A stretch of 64,000 nucleotides of DNA. It comes from Hadesarchaea archaeon (GTDB lineage Archaea > Hadarchaeota > Hadarchaeia > Hadarchaeales > WYZ-LMO6). A program made the position numbers and the translations under genes. This document shows positions 60,455-64,000 of the stretch, one piece after another (position 1 is the first letter of the stretch; the number at the start of each line of letters is the position of its first letter). The stretch is taken from NCBI GenBank assembly GCA_029259185.1, contig JAPDJF010000003.1, forward strand, positions 1 to 64,000, in the 5' to 3' direction. The notes under the pieces are model-generated. The model ran no database searches, was not told the DNA's origin, and was given only the letters and a program-made list of their open reading frames with translations.

Positions 60455-60508
60455 CTGGGATATAAAAGGATATTTTAGGTAGCAGTTACATCACCTTCGA
60501 CAAAGCTT

Positions 60509-60928
60509 TTAGGGGGACGTTATGATTTTAGCTTTTCTTAGTACTTGGGAGGTCGTTTCTGTAATAATTTTTTCATTCAACTCACTCGGTGAGAACCACC
60601 TGACGTCTGAAACATCTTTCCCTCTTCTGAGCTCACCACCCATGGGTTCTCCCTCAAAGCACACTACGACGTAGTGATATCTGAGATCCCCCTTCCCATC
60701 TCTCCCAATCACGTCATACACACCAAACAAATCAAGCAATTTTATCTTCAGTCCCGTTTCCTCCTCCACTTCTCGGATTGCTGTGTCTCTAATACCCTCT
60801 CCTGGCTCCACTAATCCTCCAGGGAGTGCCCACAACCCTTTTCCCGGATCAGATACTCTCTTAATGAGCACTACCCTGTTTTTCCCGTCACGGATCAATG
60901 CGGAGGCTCCCACGAGTGGGCCGATCAT
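60509..60928 (-). CDS. Nudix hydrolase
   Basis: PGG.VE.GE....A.REV.EETGL. Confidence 0.93.
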   Translation of the reverse strand: MIGPLVGASALIRDGKNRVVLIKRVSDPGKGLWALPGGLVEPGEGIRDTAIREVEEETGLKIKLLDLFGVYDVIGRDGKGDLRYHYVVVCFEGEPMGGELRRGKDVSDVRWFSPSELNEKIITETTSQVLRKAKIITSP

Positions 60929-60930
60929 CT

Positions 60931-61725
60931 CTATCCACTTGAAGCCGCTCTCTCCACCACTTCACTTAGCTCTGTCATTTTCTCTAGAATTCTCTCACCC
61001 CCCTCCGCATCGAATACAGAGACTCCCTTGAGTTCAGCTCTAGCCACACTTTCTTCGTATGGGATAGAGTATATGGGAGGAACCCCAATTTTTTGGAGCT
61101 TCGTTGAAATGAATTCATTTTCTCTATCACGATATTTGTTTATTACCCCGAATATCTTGGTTATCCCTAGATCCTCTCCAAGCTTTTTTATCCGTCCAGC
61201 TGTTTCGATGGACCTCAGGCTCGGTTCCACCACTGTCAGGAGGATCTCCACTTTTCTCGTCGTTCCCCTTCCAAGATGTTCCACTCCAGCTTCCATGTCT
61301 AGGAGTAAAACATCAGCGACGCCTGAGAGGTGATCCACGAGTCTCCTCGCCAAGGCATTAGCTGGACAGAAACAACCCTGTCCCCCCCTTCTGATTCTTC
61401 CAACGATAAGGAGTTTAACGCCATCCTTGCATTGGACTCCGAACTTATCTAATAAATCATCGACTTTCGGATTTAATTTGAAGATCAGTCCATATCCTTC
61501 AGGTGGTGCTCCGGTTCTCTCTTCGATGAGGGAGTCTCTCTCCATCAAAGGGATCAGTTTTCTTTCCGGAACTTCCCCACCAACTCCTAAGGCCGTGATG
61601 AGATTCGGGGAAGGATCGACATCCAGTGCAATGACTTTTTTCCCCCTTCTAGCGTAGGCTCTGGATAGTCCTGCGGCGATCGTTGTCTTTCCAACACCAC
61701 CTTTTCCCGTTATGGCGATCTTCAT
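60931..61725 (-). CDS. cooC: CooC/AcsF-type nickel-insertion ATPase
   Basis: MKIAITGKGGVGKTT, D.DP..NL, GCFCP, DMEAGVEHLGRG. Confidence 0.9.
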   Translation of the reverse strand: MKIAITGKGGVGKTTIAAGLSRAYARRGKKVIALDVDPSPNLITALGVGGEVPERKLIPLMERDSLIEERTGAPPEGYGLIFKLNPKVDDLLDKFGVQCKDGVKLLIVGRIRRGGQGCFCPANALARRLVDHLSGVADVLLLDMEAGVEHLGRGTTRKVEILLTVVEPSLRSIETAGRIKKLGEDLGITKIFGVINKYRDRENEFISTKLQKIGVPPIYSIPYEESVARAELKGVSVFDAEGGERILEKMTELSEVVERAASSG

Positions 61726-62641
61726 CTCGACCACCGCGAGGAGACCCCGACCTTTTGAGGCGGGGAGGAACTGCGGGGGGGTTTTAAGTGAAAATGCATA
61801 TACGCTGTTCTGATGAGGCTCGCCAAGACCGTCGCGTGCAGGCTTGAGCTCAGCGACGAGGAACGGCATAAGCTCCTCGCACGCTCCAGGCTTTTCGGGA
61901 TGCCTGCAACCACATCTCCAAGATCGCCTTCGAGCGCAGGGTGTTCAACCCCGTCGCCCTGCACCACATGGTTTACAGAGATACCAGGGCCAAATTCGGC
62001 CTGCCTGCGAACCTCGCAATCCGCGCCAGGGATCGGGTGGCCAAAGCATACAAGCAAAGGCGGAACAGGCTCCTCCGGTTCGACAAGCTCTCGCTCGACC
62101 TCGACGCTAGGCTCTTCCGTGTGTTCGAGAAGCCCGACGGGTGGCACGCCTCCATCGCAACGGTTCAGAAGCGGATCAAGCCCCCGCTCAAAATAGGCGA
62201 ATACCAGCGGAAACTGCTCGAGGGTGTCAAGCCGACCCACGCCGTGCTCACCTACAAGAACAAGCGGTTCTTCCTGCACGTCACCGTCGAGCGAGAAGTC
62301 CCGGAGCCAAAAGGAGATAACCCAGCCGCTGTTGATGCGGGAATGAACAATTTGCTCGTCGCTTCCAACGGCTTCAAGGTCAGGGGCAAAGGTATCCTCA
62401 AACGAAGACAGCACTTTCGAGCCTTGCGCTCCTCCCTCCAAGCCAAAGGCAAGCCGTCTGCCAAGCGCGGGCTGAAACGGCTCGGCTCGAAGGAGGGGAG
62501 ATGGGTTGCTCGCGTGAACTTGGAGCGGAGAGCCGGCTCTCCCTCCATGGGCCGCCCCGTCAACCGGCCCTATGCGGGTTTGAGTGTCTTCGGACATGAT
62601 GATCACCCTGCAAGCCCATCCTTTAGGGAAGGGTAGTTGAC
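61726..62641 (+). mobile_element. IS200/IS605 (IS1341-type) element carrying a tnpB pseudogene
   Basis: TTCAT TAM, left-end hairpin, right end CAAGCCCATCCTTTAGGGAAGGGTAGTTGAC. Confidence 0.9.
61813..62636 (+). pseudogene. tnpB: TnpB, frameshifted near 61880 with deletion of RuvC-II/Zn finger
   Basis: KT..C.L N-terminus, LH...Y...R..FGLPA.LA, AVDAG.NNL (RuvC-I), R.SLQ.KG..SAKR.LKRL..KE.R. Confidence 0.85.
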
Positions 62642-62700
62642 CTTCTTAACCAAATACTTTAAGAACTCAAAACTGTTACGTTCACTTTCCCTCGCGCTTC

Positions 62701-62904
62701 GCGGAAGCTTTCCCCGCTTTAGCGGTGCTCTAGCCCCTGCTTCATCCACCGACCCGATCCCATCCCCCTTCGGGCGGTTACGGAGATCCAATGTCCATCC
62801 TACCCGCGTCGTGGAGGTTTACAGGCGTTGGGTTCGGGGTGGCCCTCTCCACCTCCCGGAAGATTTTCGGCTCTCATCCCCAGCTCTCGCAGGGAACTTT
62901 CCGC
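62701..62904 (-). ncRNA. Candidate ~205-nt structured omegaRNA-like RNA or derived MITE with paired ends
   Basis: Ends GCGGAAAGTTCCC / GGGAAAGCTTCCGC pair; internal motifs colinear with the TTTAG MITE. Confidence 0.5.
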
Positions 62905-62948
62905 TGACAGAATTAAAATAGGAGACATCACAACATTGCTTTGGAAGC

Positions 62949-63359
62949 ATGGGAGAGAAAATAGCGAGAATAAGCATCACTTTGCCCCAAGAGCTCCTTA
63001 AGGAACTCGATAAATCATTGAGGGCTCAACGATATGCAAGCCGGTCTGAGGCGATAAGAGATGCGGTCAGAGACTTCTTGGCGGCATACAAGTGGCGAAC
63101 GGAGTTAAGGGGAGAACAGTTGGGAGTTATCGTCCTCCTTTATGATCACCATACCCGCGGGCTTACGGATGTGATCACCGAGATCCAGCACGAAAAAAGT
63201 GAGGTGATAAGAGCCTCCCAGCATATGCACATCGATCAGGAAAACTGTATGGAAACCTTGATGGTAAAGGGACCATCGGAAGAGATAAAACGACTGGTAG
63301 ATAGGCTAGGGGCACTACGTGGAGTCAAGCAAGCTAAGCTCATAGTGGTATCGTCTTAG
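62949..63359 (+). CDS. nikR: Nickel-responsive regulator NikR
   Basis: RISITLP..LL..LD......Y.SRSEAIRDA.R, YDHH, QH, H.H.D...C.E. Confidence 0.93.
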   Translation: MGEKIARISITLPQELLKELDKSLRAQRYASRSEAIRDAVRDFLAAYKWRTELRGEQLGVIVLLYDHHTRGLTDVITEIQHEKSEVIRASQHMHIDQENCMETLMVKGPSEEIKRLVDRLGALRGVKQAKLIVVSS

Positions 63360-63544
63360 GTGAACTACCGCACCGCTAAGGCGGTGGGCCTCTTGCTTCA
63401 ACGATGAGGCTCGATCCCCCTTGGAAGGACGGGTTACGGAGGTCTTGACCTCACGGGCGTTCGTTCGGGCCGTTAGCTATTGCGGAATCGGCCCTCGGCA
63501 CGCATTCGCCCCACGGCTAAAGCGCGCGGGGTTTCGATCCCGTT
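63360..63544 (-). mobile_element. IS200/IS605-derived palindromic MITE copy C
   Basis: Reverse complement matches copies A and B; TTTAG TAM at 63545-63549; ends GTAGTTCAC. Confidence 0.88.
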
Positions 63545-63782
63545 CTAAATTTTCGATCCGGAGTCCTTTAGCCTTTTTTTGGAAATCTTTCTAACCTCTT
63601 CCCACTCTTTCATTGATTCTAATTTTTTCTTCTTTCGAAAAGCCTCCATTATTTTGTTTTCTTCCATGGCTACTTCAATATCCCCACTTTCACATCCCAA
63701 CTACATCACCATCCTCCTTTTTCCTAGACTCTTAACCGTAATATATTTATGTGCATTTGCACATAAAGGGGAAGGTGAAAAA

Positions 63783-63977
63783 ATGTGGTGGTCTGGTTTC
63801 GGAAGAGGTCGGGGCTGGTATGGGCCTTGGCCGGGAAGGGGACCGTTCAGCTACCTCCCACCTTGGCAGAGGCCGGGGTGGATTTTCGGTAGAGGAGCCT
63901 GCTGGTGGCTTCTCGGGCCGTGGGCTGGGTGGTACTACTACACACCCTATTACGGATTGCCTCTCTACCCCCTCTGA
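63783..63977 (+). CDS. Small Gly/Trp/Tyr-rich protein (DUF5320-like)
   Basis: GGTGA Shine-Dalgarno; GPWPG.GPFSYLPPWQRPGW.FGRG.C. Confidence 0.7.
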   Translation: MWWSGFGRGRGWYGPWPGRGPFSYLPPWQRPGWIFGRGACWWLLGPWAGWYYYTPYYGLPLYPL

Positions 63978-64000
63978 TCTGGGGGGTTGGAGCTTGAGAG

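Noticed and set aside
61722-62606. 294-aa minus-strand ORF and N-terminal extensions of cooC and the 15996 gene
   Set aside because: Antisense or read-through frames within IS sequence; true starts are the MK codons at the TAM
63545-63667. 40-aa Lys/Glu-rich minus-strand ORF ending at the MITE TAM
   Set aside because: Plausible composition but too short and without a recognisable motif

Overview
Archaeal chromosomal segment from a probable thermophile (bpsA-speD polyamine genes, aRF1, TgtA, Trm56, archaeal Mat, SecDF, TATA promoters). A Hadarchaeota-like lineage is an inference only. The housekeeping backbone covers the mevalonate pathway (mvk, hmgS-thiolase-DUF35), valS, pyrH, dapB/asd and a complete trpEGDCFBA operon with four phased TRP boxes. 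All four tRNA genes carry BHB introns: 7 introns, 5 at non-canonical positions, including a three-intron initiator tRNA-Met. The window also holds many IS200/IS605 and IS607 relics: a 3-copy ~185 bp palindromic MITE, a mini-element retaining only a small RHH-like gene, and a TTCAT-targeting family whose three insertions all sit exactly at ATG-AAR start codons and supply an outward Shine-Dalgarno. The most novel-looking signal is three orphan, highly structured 200-290 nt candidate ncRNAs with omegaRNA-like motifs (2242-2457, 17613-17904, 62701-62904). Two have their own TATA box and lie beside tRNA genes. An uncharacterised DUF6114/DUF6230-type membrane operon is also present. All folding and family calls were made by eye.
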